Positions 1-12,250 of a stretch of DNA of 64,000 nt are shown piece after piece (within the stretch, counting starts at the first letter, position 1; each line of letters begins with the position of its first letter). Source of the stretch: Octopus sinensis. Lineage: Eukaryota. The position numbers and the translations under genes are program-made. The notes beneath the pieces were generated by a model, which saw nothing but the letters and a program-made list of their open reading frames with translations, was not told where the DNA came from and did not search any database. The stretch is from contig NC_043003.1 of assembly GCF_006345805.1 (NCBI RefSeq), positions 87,606,001-87,670,000 on the forward strand. The letters run 5' to 3'.

Positions 1-77
1 CTTACCAGTCCTCAGTCAAACTGTCCAACCCATGCCAGCCTGTAAAGTGGACGTTAAATGACAATGATGATGATGAA
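1..77 (+). mobile_element. 3' tail of RTE LINE / RTE-tailed short element
   Basis: gtccaacccatgccagc...ggacgttaaatga(tga)n terminus, shared with many copies in the window. Confidence 0.8.
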
Positions 78-204
78 TTTGGTGAATATAATTTTCATTT
101 TTAGGTACTTGATTAGTTAGTTGTGAATGAGATTTTTGAATTTTAACTTTCTTCAAGAATGAGTTACCAGTAGAGTACTCACTTTCTTGAAATCAGATTC
201 ATAA

Positions 205-1910
205 CACAGGTCTATGATAAAAAAAATTGTTTCACATTTATTGGTTGAAACTGACCAATATTTACCTGCAGATTTCAAAAATTACAAAGAAATCATCCTA
301 TAATATACTATTTCTTCTCAAAATTGATCAATCCCAAATTTGACCATTGTCTTGTTATTATTACTATTAATTGTCATATTTAAATAAATTATAACAGTGT
401 AACTAATAGATGTAATTTTGAAAGATAAGCATCTGCCAATATTTAGACCACTTCATCTACACAAAGGCAGAAATAGCTATGATGATGAAGACTTTCATAG
501 CAGTGAAGGTGAAGAACCTCAACTATTCAGCCAGTGTAAATTAAATGATTTAGTCAGGCTTACAAAGGAATCAGCTGAGCTTTTATGTTCCAGACTTAAA
601 TCCAATATTTTAGCTCCTCATGCAATATTCTATTGGTATTGTAACTGTGAAAAAGAATTTGTTCCTTATGTTAAAAAAAATTTGGTTTATTGTACAAATC
701 CATCAGAACTAATAGGAAAATTTGGCATAAGTTACTGCTCTCAAAAATAATGACTATTGTTCTACTGCATAATGGTAATAAGTATGTTTCCATCCCTATT
801 GGACACACAGGGATCATGAAGGAAACATGAAAATTTGATGTTACTTTTACACAAGGTCAAATTCAAAAATTGCAACTTGATATGTGACAACTTGAAAATA
901 ATTTGCATGTTGCTTGGACAACAGTCAGGCAGTACAGAGTTTCCTTGTTTCTTGTGTAAAAGGGAAAGTAGAACCAGGAACCTTCATTGGTTTTAAAAAA
1001 GAATGACTAAGTAGGGAAAAGCTTATACCAGGAACAAAGAATATCCTTCAACGAAGTTTGGTTGATCGGAAAAGGTTTTTTTTTGCCTCCTCTACATATA
1101 TGACTTAGCCTCATAAAGCAATTCATGAAAGCTTTGCCACAGGATGAAGAAAGATTCAAGTAATTGTGTAGCAAGTTTCCTGCTCTATCAGATGCCATTT
1201 GTCAAAGATAAAAATTTTGAAAACTCTCTTTATGATTCTCAAAAAAAGATGCATAGATTAGTTTTAATTATGTAATGAAGAACTTTTTTGGTAATCACAA
1301 GGATTGAAAACTAAGAAGAAATAGTGGAAAGAATGCTAGAAAAGTTTGAGGCCTTAGTATGTAAAATGAGCATTAAAGATAATTTTCTATGTGCCCATTT
1401 GAATTTCTTTCTAGAAAATCTGAGGGATGTGAGTGAGTGGCAGAGGGAAAATATCATCATCACATAAAGGATATGAAAGAAGATATCTGGGAAGATGGAA
1501 TGTCAATATGATAGTCAACTACTGCTGGATGTTGCATCATCCATATCCATCAAGTGCTCACAGGTGAAAGAGTTTCCAGTGTTGTTTCCAAGAGAAAAAA
1601 AATAAATTGTAAGGTGTTGAACCTAAAAAATGAATGGAACCCTTGTAAAAATCTATTTTCTCACTTTGTAATTGCATTTGTACCATTTCATTTTGCTAAA
1701 TAAAGTACGAAATTCATTTATATTCTTTTTCTTTTTTTTTATCATATGTGGATTTAACTGCAAATAATTATGGTATATTTTATCATTAAATTGTTAGACA
1801 ACCTGAGGTAATGGGAAACAGCTTCTTTGATATTTTGAATTAGTACCACAAAAACATATAAAGTAACATACAGTTAAAAAAAAAACATTTTTTAAAAAAG
1901 TAATTGGCGA
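205..1910 (+). mobile_element. Decayed DNA transposon, Chapaev3/CMC-like transposase relic
   Basis: Frameshifted motifs LNDLVRL.KE.AELL.SRL (418-750), LLGQQSG.T.FPCFLC (~910-960), LPPLHI.L.L.KQF.KAL (~1085-1140), NFFGNHK and M.IK..FL..HL.FF.ENL.DVSE (~1365-1440). Superfamily assigned from memory; ends approximate. Confidence 0.65.
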
Positions 1911-2059
1911 ACCAAAGAACACTTTTCTTCATTGTTGAGAGATACTAATTCTTCATTTTTACATTTTTCTCTCCAAAGTTTAATTGTATTTTCTAGGATT
2001 AGGCCTTGAGATATGTTCGAAATTTCTTTTTGCATTTGTACATCAGTTTTCTTTTATTC

Positions 2060-2390
2060 TTTTAGTTGTTTCAGTTATTTTAACTGTGGTCATGCTGGAG
2101 CACTGCCTTTAGTTGAGTAAATTGACTCCAGGACTTATTCTATCGGTCTCTTTTGCTGAACTGCTAAGTTACAGGGATATAAACACACCAGCATCAATTG
2201 TCAAGCGATGTTAGGGACACATGGACACACACACATATTCTTTCAGTTTCCGTCTGCCAAATCCACTCACAGGGCTTTGGTCATCCTGAGACTACAGTAG
2301 AAGACACTTGCCCAAGGTGCTACACAGTGGGACTGAACCTGGAACCATGTGGTTGGTTAGCAAGCTACTTAACACACAGTCACTCCTGTG
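2060..2390 (-). mobile_element. tRNA-derived SINE (family A), partly deleted
   Basis: Reverse complement of the 4000-4385 element. Confidence 0.85.
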
Positions 2391-3999
2391 CCTGTTTTGA
2401 ATTTTTCTTGGAATTTGTTCTTAATCGTAATAATTGATTTCCGTTCAGAATTTATCTAGAGCCATCTTTTTCTTAAGTTTTTGTTCTTGTTTGGGCTCAT
2501 TAGAGATAGGCTTTATTTGTAGTTTTGGGGGAGGATTATTGGTGTCATATTGAGCCAGCCACTTTTCATATATTTCCATTCTGCTGTTATTTATATATAT
2601 CAAACAAACGAAGCCTGTGTGTGTGTGTGTCTGTTGTACGTATGCATTTCCACAGTTTTCAACTGATTTTCATCAAACTTTACACACACATTACTTATGT
2701 GCTAAGGATGGTTATGGACTATAACATTTTGCCCAGAGCTCCTGCATAATGCAAGAAACCAACTGAGTTTTTCACTTGGGTTTTTCTGTAAAATCTGCAG
2801 TTTTCAGCTGATTCTCCCCCTTTGACTTCTGCAGTTTTCTAGTGATTCTTTACCTTTTCTTTCTCTTTTTATCTCTTCTGTTTCTCACAACCTCTGCAAT
2901 ACTTGCTCTCTTTAAGTCTATGTTTGTTTCTTTCACTCATTCACTTTCTCTCTGTTTCTCCCTCTCTGTCATGCATAAATATCTTTGTCTTCATGCTATT
3001 TGTATGTTCTCCCTACAATGTTACTTATTTTAACCCTTTCGTTATTGTGTTTATTTTGAGATGCTCTGTGTTTCTTTCAATTACTTTAAATATAACAAAG
3101 AATTTAGTAAAATAACTTAGTTGTCATTTAGCTAGTGTTAGGAACATAAATAGGACTAAGATTTGGTGGAAGATTTTAATTCAAAACTTATGAAAACAAG
3201 ACATTTGTACTCAGAGCCAGAGCCACTTTCAGCCGTGTTGGTAACGAATGGGTTAACTTTTTTGCATTTCGTCTATTTAAATACACTATTTACATTTCTC
3301 CCTCTGTCGAAAACTGATATGATACAGCCAGTAAGCCTTCATTACTAACAAATGAGAATTCAGCCATGCCACTGAGTGTTCATTCATTAAAAAAAGATAT
3401 CCTAAAGTGGCTCAAGTTTTTTCACTCAACCTATTTTCTTCTACAGCTTTATTACACTGAAATGGGGTTTGTAATTTCTGTCTATAAATTGACTTCCTTG
3501 TGTGATATAATACTGTTTCACTTTTAATTCTAATGTGATAAGACTATAATATTGTTTCACTTTATGTGTGTATGTTTGCACGTTCAATTCACATGAAATA
3601 GTAAAGGACATTTTATGCCATGACAATGACGACGTCACATATATGAGTGTGTATGTGTGTGGGTGTATGAGTGTGTGTGTGTTTCTGTGTTAGGTATGTT
3701 ATTAAACACACATCTACACATACGTATACACATGTGACATCTGACATGCATGAATGCATATTTGTATGTGTCTTACTATATTTATGTGACTGTATGTGAG
3801 AGTGTATATGTGTGTATCGTCACATTTTGTATATGAATGTGTCTGTGAGTGTGTGTGTCTTTGCACACCCATTACATACATTATTAAACACACACATACA
3901 TTTACATATACATCATATGTGACGTGAATGGCTGGAGGTGAAACTCTTGACAAAAACAATTACATGGAAGGTCCAAGTTATATAAAAATACACATAGAT

Positions 4000-4385
4000 G
4001 CAGGAGTGGCTGTGTGGTAAGTAGCTTGCTAACCAACCACATGGTTCCGGGTTCAGTCCCACTGCGTGGCACCTTGGGCAAGTGTCTTCTGCTATAGCCC
4101 CAGGCCGACCAAAGCCTTGTGAGTGGATTTGGTAGACGGAAACTGAAAGAAGCCTGTGATATATATATATGTATGTGTGTGTTTGTGTGTCTGTGTTTGT
4201 CCCCCCAACATCGCTTGACAACCAATGCTGGTGTGTTTACGTCCCCGTAACTTAGCGGTTCGGCAATAGAGACCGATAGAATAAGTACTAGGCTTACAAA
4301 GAATAAGTCCCGGGGTCGATTTGCTCGACTAAAGGCGGTGCTCCAGCGTGGCCACAGTCAAATGACTGAAACAAGTAAATGAGAA
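4000..4385 (+). mobile_element. tRNA-derived SINE (family A), full length
   Basis: Head with box A TGGCTGTGTGG and box B GGTTCAGTCCC, central ccttgggcaagtg domain, internal (TA)/(TG) tract, tail ending gactgaaacaagtaaa. About ten related copies in the window. Confidence 0.9.
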
Positions 4386-4639
4386 AGTATGTGCCGTTCA
4401 ATTAACAGTTCATCATCATCGCAGAAGTTGCAAGGTTCCAAGGTATTTACAATTTGCTTATATTTGATTAATTTATACTGCATACAAAAATATAGACAAA
4501 CTATATACAACTGCTTACAAAAATAGAGATTAATGTATATTTTTTTCTATGTTCATAATTTTTTGTTTAAAATATTGAAAAAAAGTATGTCATCAAAGAA
4601 AAAACGTAATGTCTGCAGAAAACTGAAGGGGAGAGTCTC

Positions 4640-4900
4640 AAATCATAAGGGACATGAGACTTTCTTAATATCAGCAATGGCATGCTGCAGCACGTCAAGT
4701 ACAGTCTCAAGAGAAAAGGGAGAGGAGACTTTCTCAACATCAGCAAAGGCATGCTGCAGCTCATCTGATGGAGTCTGAAGAGAAAAGGGAGAGGAGACTT
4801 TCTCAACATCAGCAAAGGCATGCTGCAGCTCATCTGATGGAGTCTGAAGAGAAAAGAGAGAGAGGAGACTTTCTCAAGATCAGCAACGTCTAGCACGCCA
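4640..4900 (+). repeat. 69-bp tandem repeat encoding a 23-aa unit (ESEEKRERRLSQHQQRHAAAHLM), STPR-like
   Basis: Frame starting at 4681 reads HAAARQVQSQEKRERRLSQHQQRHAAAHLMESEEKRERRLSQHQQRHAAAHLMESEEKRE, then a frameshift. About four units; missed by the ORF track. Confidence 0.8.
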
Positions 4901-5092
4901 GATTATTCAGAGGTCCAATAGAATAGCTCTCAGAAACAGACCATGTACAAATTCGTTCTTCATAACACTTATTATAAATTGTCATTTATACAAAGCTTTA
5001 AAATTTACTCCACAAATGTTTTGTTATCAATGCAGCACTTTCCTGTATCAGCTGTTTCAAGATAACTGCAACATATATATATATATATATAT

Positions 5093-5482
5093 AATTATAT
5101 TATCAATAATAATAAAGGGTAAAATTAATTAATTAATTAATTAATAATTGATAATTCCACCAAGTAGTATTCGGCATGTTAAAAGGACCATTTTCGGTAA
5201 ACTTAAACAATATTATAATTAGGGTTCAGCAAAAAAATTTTTCTTCACCAAATACTGAACTTTAGAAATAGCAGCCAAAGAACTTAGCTATTTCTCTTCT
5301 ACTATAAGAAACTCGGTAAACTTAAACAATATTTTTTATAATTATAGGGTTCAGCAAAAAAATTTGCTTCACCACATACCAAACTTTAGAAATGGTCCTT
5401 TTAACATGCCGAATACTACTTGGTGGAATTATTAATTATTAATTAATTAATTTTACCCTTTATTATTATTGATAATATAATT
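5093..5482. repeat. Inverted repeat (~100-bp arms 5093-5193 / 5390-5482) enclosing a direct-repeat pair
   Basis: Arms nearly identical apart from (TAAT)n length. The spacer holds two copies of ggtaaacttaaacaatatt...ctttagaaat; a further inverted copy lies at ~5835-5955. Confidence 0.9.
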
Positions 5483-6989
5483 CTCTCCTTGATAATAAAC
5501 TACAGTTTTTTCTGTAGAATTTTTTACTCGACAACACACGTGGATGGGTGAGGGAGAATACGAGACCTTATTTGTATGTTTTGAATTCGTTGGTACTGGT
5601 CATTGGATATAATTTGTCTGATACTACTTGAATCGGATAGGTATGTTCAATTTTTTTCAGTGCTCTCAAATTAAAAATCTAAGAAGAAAATGATCGAATA
5701 GAAATGTGATTTTTGCATTTTTCATATCGATCTAATTCCGAAACGCGTCCACAGGTAATCAAATACCGAGTGAATTTCGTTGTTTTTCTTCTCTGCCTTT
5801 GTGAATTATTTTGAGTATATGTTGTCCGGGAGTTTCTTCTTGTAGTAGAAGAAATAGCTAAGTTCTTTCGCTGCTATTTCTAAAGTTCGGTATGTGGTGA
5901 AGCAAATTTTTTTGCTGAACCCTAATTATAATTATACTCATAATTATAAAAAATATTTTATATATATATACACATACAAAGTATGCTATTTTAATCCCGA
6001 GCAATGCTGGGTGTCTCTGCTAGTCTGTTCAGCCTGCAAATTTTCCTAAAGGAAAATTTGCAAGCTGTGAGTTTTTGGTTCTATATATATTTAAGAGTGT
6101 TTTAATTGGTTTGTTGTCACAGATTAATGTTGTTTTCTTGCTCTGTTTTTGAATTTTATTCTGGCTTCTGATGCATTACTATTTCTATAGTTTTGCATTA
6201 CTGGTTTAAGGTTTGGATAACCACTACCTCTTCAGTATTTCTTCTTACTTTGAGAGATTCTTTAGTGTAGGTCTCTATAAGATTGAGAGCTTGGAGATCT
6301 CTTTTAGTTCTTTTTGAATCTCTAGGTTCAACATGTCATTTTGGTCAGGCTTTTGTGGCATTTTTGTTCGTGTGGCAAGTATATATAGAAAACAAAGTTA
6401 TTTTATTATGCACAAGTAGAAATATAGAAAAAAGGAAGTTGAAAACAGGAGCCTTTTAGGATATTTCTATTTAAAGGTTTAACCAGCTTTACAGATTTTT
6501 CTGATTTTCAAAAGTTAAGTGAGATAGAAAGACACAACTGTTTTGCTTCTGACTGGAGTTCAAAAATTAGAGAGACCATCGCTCAAATTAGTATCTGTTT
6601 TGGATACAATTTGATTGGCAGAGGATGATCATGTAACTAGGCTTAGAAATTTTTGTAAGCTCCCTGTTATGTCCATGTCATGTGACAGTAGTTTTTGCAC
6701 TGAAAGTTAAGGCTGACATTGTTGAACAAGTGTGTCTAGTGACTGTCTCAAACAATCAAGGCTCTCTAAATTTAATCTGTTAAGTGGTAAAGTGGACAGA
6801 GGTTGTTTGTATGTAGTCCAGTGGCCGAATGGTTATGATTTGTATGTATGTTGGCATAAAATTTTGTTCTCCACTAAATTTGTGTGTTGTCTAAAAGCTA
6901 AGATTTTTTTTTCTCTCATTTTTCTTTCGTCCCCTTGCACTTCATTCGCCACTAATACCTATAATGTATTATACACTAACAGCTCTCTT

Positions 6990-7191
6990 TTACTTGTTTC
7001 AGTCATTTGACTGCGGGCATGCTGGAGCACCACCTTTAGTCAAGCAAATCGACCCTGGGACTTATTCTTTGTAAGCCCAGTACTTATTCTATCGGTCTCT
7101 TTTGCCGAGCCGCTAAGTGACAGGGATGTAAACACACCAGCATCGGTTGTCAAGCAATGCTAGGGGGACAAACACAGACACACAAACACAT

Positions 7192-7230
<39 letters not shown>

Positions 7231-7390
7231 CGACGGGCTTCTTTCAGTTTCCGTCTACCAAATCCACTCACAAGGCTTTGGTCGGCTCGGGGCTATAGCA
7301 GAAGACACTTTCCCAAGATGCCACGCTGTGGGACTGAACCCGGAACCATGTGGTTGGTTAGCAAGCTACTTACCACACAGCCACTCCTCA
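6990..7390 (-). mobile_element. tRNA-derived SINE (family A), full length
   Basis: Reverse complement of 4000-4385. Confidence 0.9.
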
Positions 7391-7574
7391 TGTTTTTTCA
7401 TTGAAAATGTCCCCTCAAATATAATTTTAATTTTAGTCCTATCTTGTAATTGTTAAGATAATTATTCATTTCTATTCATTTATCCTCATTTCTCAATTCA
7501 CATTCATTCTTATCCCCATAAAACTTTGCTTCCTTAATTCTTCTCGTTCTTAGTTCCATATTTTGTCTTGCTTG

Positions 7575-10500
7575 CTCGCGGTGTGCCCGCCCTTTCCCAC
7601 CCACACCACCAATACCGGATACCTCTATCTTCGCACTGTTTACACCGGAAATCCCTTCTCCCTCCACCATTACCTGTGTCTATTCTTGCAACCACTCCTA
7701 CTCAACAGGCTATCCTCATATATTACCTGCACTTCTCTCTCTCCTAGGACGAATGCGGCCAGTGCAGCTGCTCATCAACCCACCCTCTTAACTAGTTACC
7801 TTATGTTTCGTTCTGTTTAGAAATCTGTCACTAACCCTACCAGTTATCTCTTCTCCCAGTTCCCCCTCCTCACTGGTGCTATCTTAAGTTTCTTCCTGTC
7901 TAGAAATTTGTCATCACTCCTACCAGTTATAGTTTCTCCTAACTCCCCCTCCTCACTGGTGCTGTCCCCTATATTACCTGCACTCTCTCTTTCTCCATCT
8001 CTCCCTCTCTCTCTCTCTCTACCTGCCCCCTCCCCATATTACCCGCACTCTTTTTTTCTCCATCTCTCCTTCTCCCTCTCTACCTGCCCCCTCTCTCTAC
8101 CTCTCTCTTCCAATATTTCTCTACTGTAACAAGCGCAAACAGGTTTGGCTATATTTCGTTCCATTTTCATTGTCTAGAAATATGCCAACAACTACCCATT
8201 TCCTTGGCCCTGGGAAGTAAATGTAAAAGCTATTCGGCTGTCCATGCATGCTTGTTCCTGTGTGTGTTTGCGCTTGTTTCCTCTCTCTCTCTGTCTGAAC
8301 CTTTCCCCACTGGTGGTACCCTCCATATACCTGCAATCCCCATCTACATGGACAAATGCGACAAGCTTTCAGCTGCCCCCTCCCTCCCCCCTGGAATATC
8401 CATATTTCTGCTACACCGCTAAAATCTACTTCATTCAATAACCTTAACGCTTATGCTTACAACGCTGCTAACACCGGCTCCTACACCCAGTAGGGGCAGC
8501 AATTTAACATGCTTGAACGCTTGAATGTTGTCAGGTCGGAAGTTTTCAGAGTTGGCACGGTCAATGTTGGCACACTGAAAAGTAAGTCTAGTGAGATTGT
8601 AGAGATGCTTGAAAGGAGACGGGTTGATGTATGCTGCATACAAGAGGTAAGATGAAGAGAGGAGCTTCAGCTAGGGTCCTCACAGGCAAGGCACATAGGT
8701 ATAAAGTCTTCTGGCAAGGTAACATGAACCCTTCATATGGTCAGAGATTTAGGGACATCCTATATGTCAGACATATAAGGTAGCTGGAAATTCTTACAGG
8801 ACAGCTTGCTGAGTGCTACAGACCAAGTCTGTAGATGGTGCAAAGTCCCTTCCAGACCTAGAGTTACATGGTGGTGGAATAGAATGATAGACAAAGCCGT
8901 TAGGGCAAAGAAACAGGCCTGGAAAGCCTGGAAGGGTGGGGGTAGCAGGGAATGGTACCAGGTAACCAGAAGGGAGGCTGGGCGGCAGGTATACATAGCC
9001 AAGAGTGAAGCAGAAGAGAAGTTTGCCAACGTCCAGAGACTTGAGGACCAAAGAACTTAGGTATTTCAGATTGCAAGACAGTGTGTGAGAGAAAATTGTG
9101 ATGTTACAAGAGAGAAATGTGCTCCGCATGGATGATGGGGCACTTGCTTTTAGTGATTCTGAAAAGAAAGAAGCTTGGAGAAGCCATTATGAAAGACTGC
9201 TGAATGTGGAGAATGAATGGGGGGAGGAGAGCCTTCCAAATGTTGACCCAGTAGAGGGACCAGCTATCTGAATAGACAGCTCCCTGGTTAATAAAGCGAT
9301 TAAGGCTATGAAGCCAGGAAATCACTGCTGAGATGCTTAAAACAGCTGGTTATGTGGGCTATGGGCTAGTCACCTGCATTGTAAACCGGGTAGTTCATGA
9401 TGGAGTCATACCCAATGACTGGCGTAGCAGCACCATAGTTAACTGCTACAAGGGTAAAGGTGATGCTCTAAATAGGAATAACTACAGGGGTATTAAACTG
9501 CTGGATCAGGTGATGAAGGTCATAGAGAGGGTCATAGTCCATCTCATTAGAGAGAGAGTCTGCTTAGATGAGATGCAGTTTGGTTTTTTTCCAAGTAGAA
9601 GCACCACTGATGCCATATTCCTGGTTCGACAATTGCAGGAGAAATACCTAGCTAAAGATAAACCCCTCTACATAGCTTTTGTGGACTTGGAGAATGCCTT
9701 TGACAGGGTCCCCCAATCCCTTATCTGGTGGGCAATGCAGAAACTGGAGATTGACGAATGGTTGATAAGGGCTGTACAGGCCTTATACAGAGAGGCCGTT
9801 TGTAAGGTTAGGATTGGCAACGAGTATAGTGAAGAATTCTGGGTAGAAGTATAGCTCCACCAAGGTCCAGCCCTTAGTCCCCTTTCATCATAGTCCTCCA
9901 GGCAATAACAGAGGAATTCAAAACGGGTTTCCCCTGGGAGCTCCTCTATGCTGATGACCTGGCCCTCATAGCAGAATCACTACCGGAACTAGAAAAGAAA
10001 TTTCGGGTGTGGAAACTAGGTTTAGAATCAAAGGGCCTTAGAGTAGCAAAGACCAAAGTTATAGTAAGCAGAAAGGCGAACTCATCACACACACCCTCGG
10101 GCAGGTGACCCTGCTCGATCTGTAGAAAAGGTGTAGGTAGAAACTCCATTAGATGTACCCAGTGTAAGCTATGGACGCATAAGAGGTGCAGCAATATCAA
10201 AGGAAAATTAACTGATAAGATAGCTTTCATGTGCGGCAGATGCACAGGGGCAATAAACACCACAGATACTCAGAAAACAGATTCCATCACACTCCAGGGG
10301 AAGAAACTAGAAATAGTTGATAGTTTCCGCTACCTAGGCGACCAAGTTAGTAGTGGAGGCTGATGCTCAGAGAGTGTCACCACTAGAATACGAATAACCG
10401 GGGCAAAGTTTAAAAAGCTCCTACCCCTACTGGTGACAAAGGGTCTCTTGCTCAGAGTGAAAGGTAGATTGTACAATGCATGTGTGCGAATTGCCATGCT

Positions 10501-11223
10501 TCACGGTAGTGAAACATGGGCTGTGACTGCAGAGGACATGTGTAGACTTGAAAGAAATGAAGTTAGCATGATCCGCTGGATGTGTAATGTCAGTGTGAAT
10601 GCACGACAGAGTGTAAGCGCCCTGAGAGAAATGCTGGACATAAGAAGCATCAGATGTGGTGTGCAAGAGAGATGTTTGCGCTGGTATGGTCATGTACTGC
10701 GGATGGATGAGGAGAGATGTGTGAAGAAGTGCCACTCCCAAACAGTTGAAGGTATCAGGGGAAGAGGTAAACCCAGGAAGACATGGGACGAGGTAGTCAA
10801 GCATGACCTCAGAATGTTGGTGGCACATGACCGGCTGTGCTTGAGACCTATTGAGTCAAGTACATCAACATCAAAATAAATTTCAAATGGAAATTGTAGT
10901 TGTGATACCTGTACCAGTGGCACTTAAAAAGCACCATCTGAACGTGGCCGATGCCAGCGCCACCTTGACTGGCTTCTGTGCCGGTGGCACGTAAAAAGCA
11001 CCAACCGATTGTGACCGCTGCCAGCCACCCTTGGCACCTGTGCTGGTGGCACGTAAAAAGCACCCACTACACTCACAGAATGGTTGGCGTTAAGAAGGGC
11101 ACCCAGCTGTAGAAACACTGCCAGATCAGACTGGAGCCTGGTGAAGCCTCCTGGCTTCCCAGATCCCAGTCGAACCGTCCAACCCGTACTAACACAGAAA
11201 ATGGACGTTAAACGATGATGATG
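7575..11223 (+). mobile_element. RTE-clade LINE (family 1), near full length, frameshifted and internally deleted
   Basis: CT-rich 5'UTR; APE start GTVNVGTL...VDVCCIQE (~8560-8650); RT motifs NYRGIKLL, QFGF, FVDLE.AFDRV, LLYADDL, YLG, LHGSETW, LRWYGHV; repetitive 3'UTR and (GAT)n tail. Confidence 0.92.
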
Positions 11224-11640
11224 TCCTATGAGAAAAAGTTACGATTGTACATAAAGTTTAGGTTGTTAGCTGCGTGAATTCAACATGTGATGTGGTAGAA
11301 TGAGTTTGTGTGAGTAGTTGTTGGTGAATGTACTTTGTTAAAGTTTATTCAGTTGTGATTTGTATTTTTGTATGAATCCCCTGCTTTTCATCAATTGAGA
11401 AAAATGTCTATAAGAAATGGGTGGTTTCTGCTAATCTTAATGTTGTTGATTTTTAGCTCTTGTCACTTTTAATTGAGTTGACTTATAAAAAGTAATCTAG
11501 ATGCAATTATTTTTTTCAGTCATAGGTTATTTAGAACTACATTACCCAATGTATCTTGCCTCTTTGTTTGTCAAGATAATGTGATGTAATTTGAGGAAAA
11601 TTTGGCCGCTATTTTAAAAAAGTCAAGTAACTACATATAC

Positions 11641-11801
11641 CAGGGATGGAGACAGGGAACCTTTTCAGTACCATAGCTGAATTGCAGATGCATAAGATGC
11701 AGTGGAGTGCATGTTCTGTGCTCAGAAATATAAATAATCTTTAATTTTACAAACTACAAAAAAATCTACAAAAAAATAAGTGCCTGATTTCCTTACCCCT
11801 G
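11641..11801. mobile_element. Possible hAT-type MITE
   Basis: CAGGG...CCCTG termini with an imperfect 8-bp flanking duplication (acatatac / acatagaa). Confidence 0.4.
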
Positions 11802-12043
11802 ACATAGAAGCTTCCTTGTTGGTTTTCCTCTATCTCTACTTGACATTACTAGCACAGAAGATGATTGACTGCATGTCACACTATATAAAACATGGGATTT
11901 AATAGAGTGGTGTTATGTTGATCCACCCCTATACTGTAATATACTGTAATATTGACTCATTCATCTCTATGATGTAATATAAATTCATTCACTCCTGTAC
12001 TTGGCTCTCTAAAAATTCATACACACACATGTTTTTCTTGCAG

Positions 12044-12153
12044 CTGTCAACTTGTCCAAGAGAAAGGCTAACAGCATCGATGTAGCCAGTCTCAAAAGAG
12101 GACCTACCAAAGCCATGGCCACCATTACCCCTTCATTTAGAACAAACCTATAA
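12044..12153 (+). CDS. Candidate terminal coding exon of an unidentified plus-strand gene: (A)VNLSKRKANSIDVASLKRGPTKAMATITPSFRTNL*
   Basis: Strong acceptor tgtttttcttgcag, open phase-1 frame to TAA, more GC-rich than flanks, AATAAA at 12204-12209. No homolog recognised. Confidence 0.4.
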
Positions 12154-12250
12154 AGAAAATATATTTTAAAATGCAAAGAAAATGCTGAGAAAATTGGCAT
12201 ATAAATAAAAGTGCCAATAATTATAATATGATTTGTATTTTCATTTCCAG

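Larger units (their letters stand above)
4390..6023 (+). mobile_element. Non-autonomous Helitron carrying a Rep-helicase N-terminal remnant
   Basis: 3' end cccgagcaatgctggg hairpin, then tgtctctgCTAG|T (6020-6024), similar to the terminus at 42544. Internal 69-bp coding repeats. 5' boundary uncertain and may lie upstream of the SINE. Confidence 0.7.

Noticed and set aside
3447-3466. 20-nt plus-strand micro-exon (ttcttctacag|...|gtttgt) that could splice to 12044
   Set aside because: Weak donor; too short to distinguish from chance.
4000-4075. tRNA gene
   Set aside because: A/B boxes are present but continue into the SINE body; multiple dispersed copies; no complete cloverleaf.
6030-6900. 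Possible LINE/PLE remnant
   Set aside because: No diagnostic motif could be read; left unannotated.
12009-12147. Minus-strand RFVLNE...LDKLTAARK after a good acceptor, resembling the FAR C-terminus KYVLNE..LPAARK
   Set aside because: Needs a ~25-aa insertion with no frame-preserving intron. AARK is simply the reverse complement of the plus-strand acceptor ttttcttgcagc, and no downstream FAR tail follows. Not fully excluded; RNA-seq would decide.
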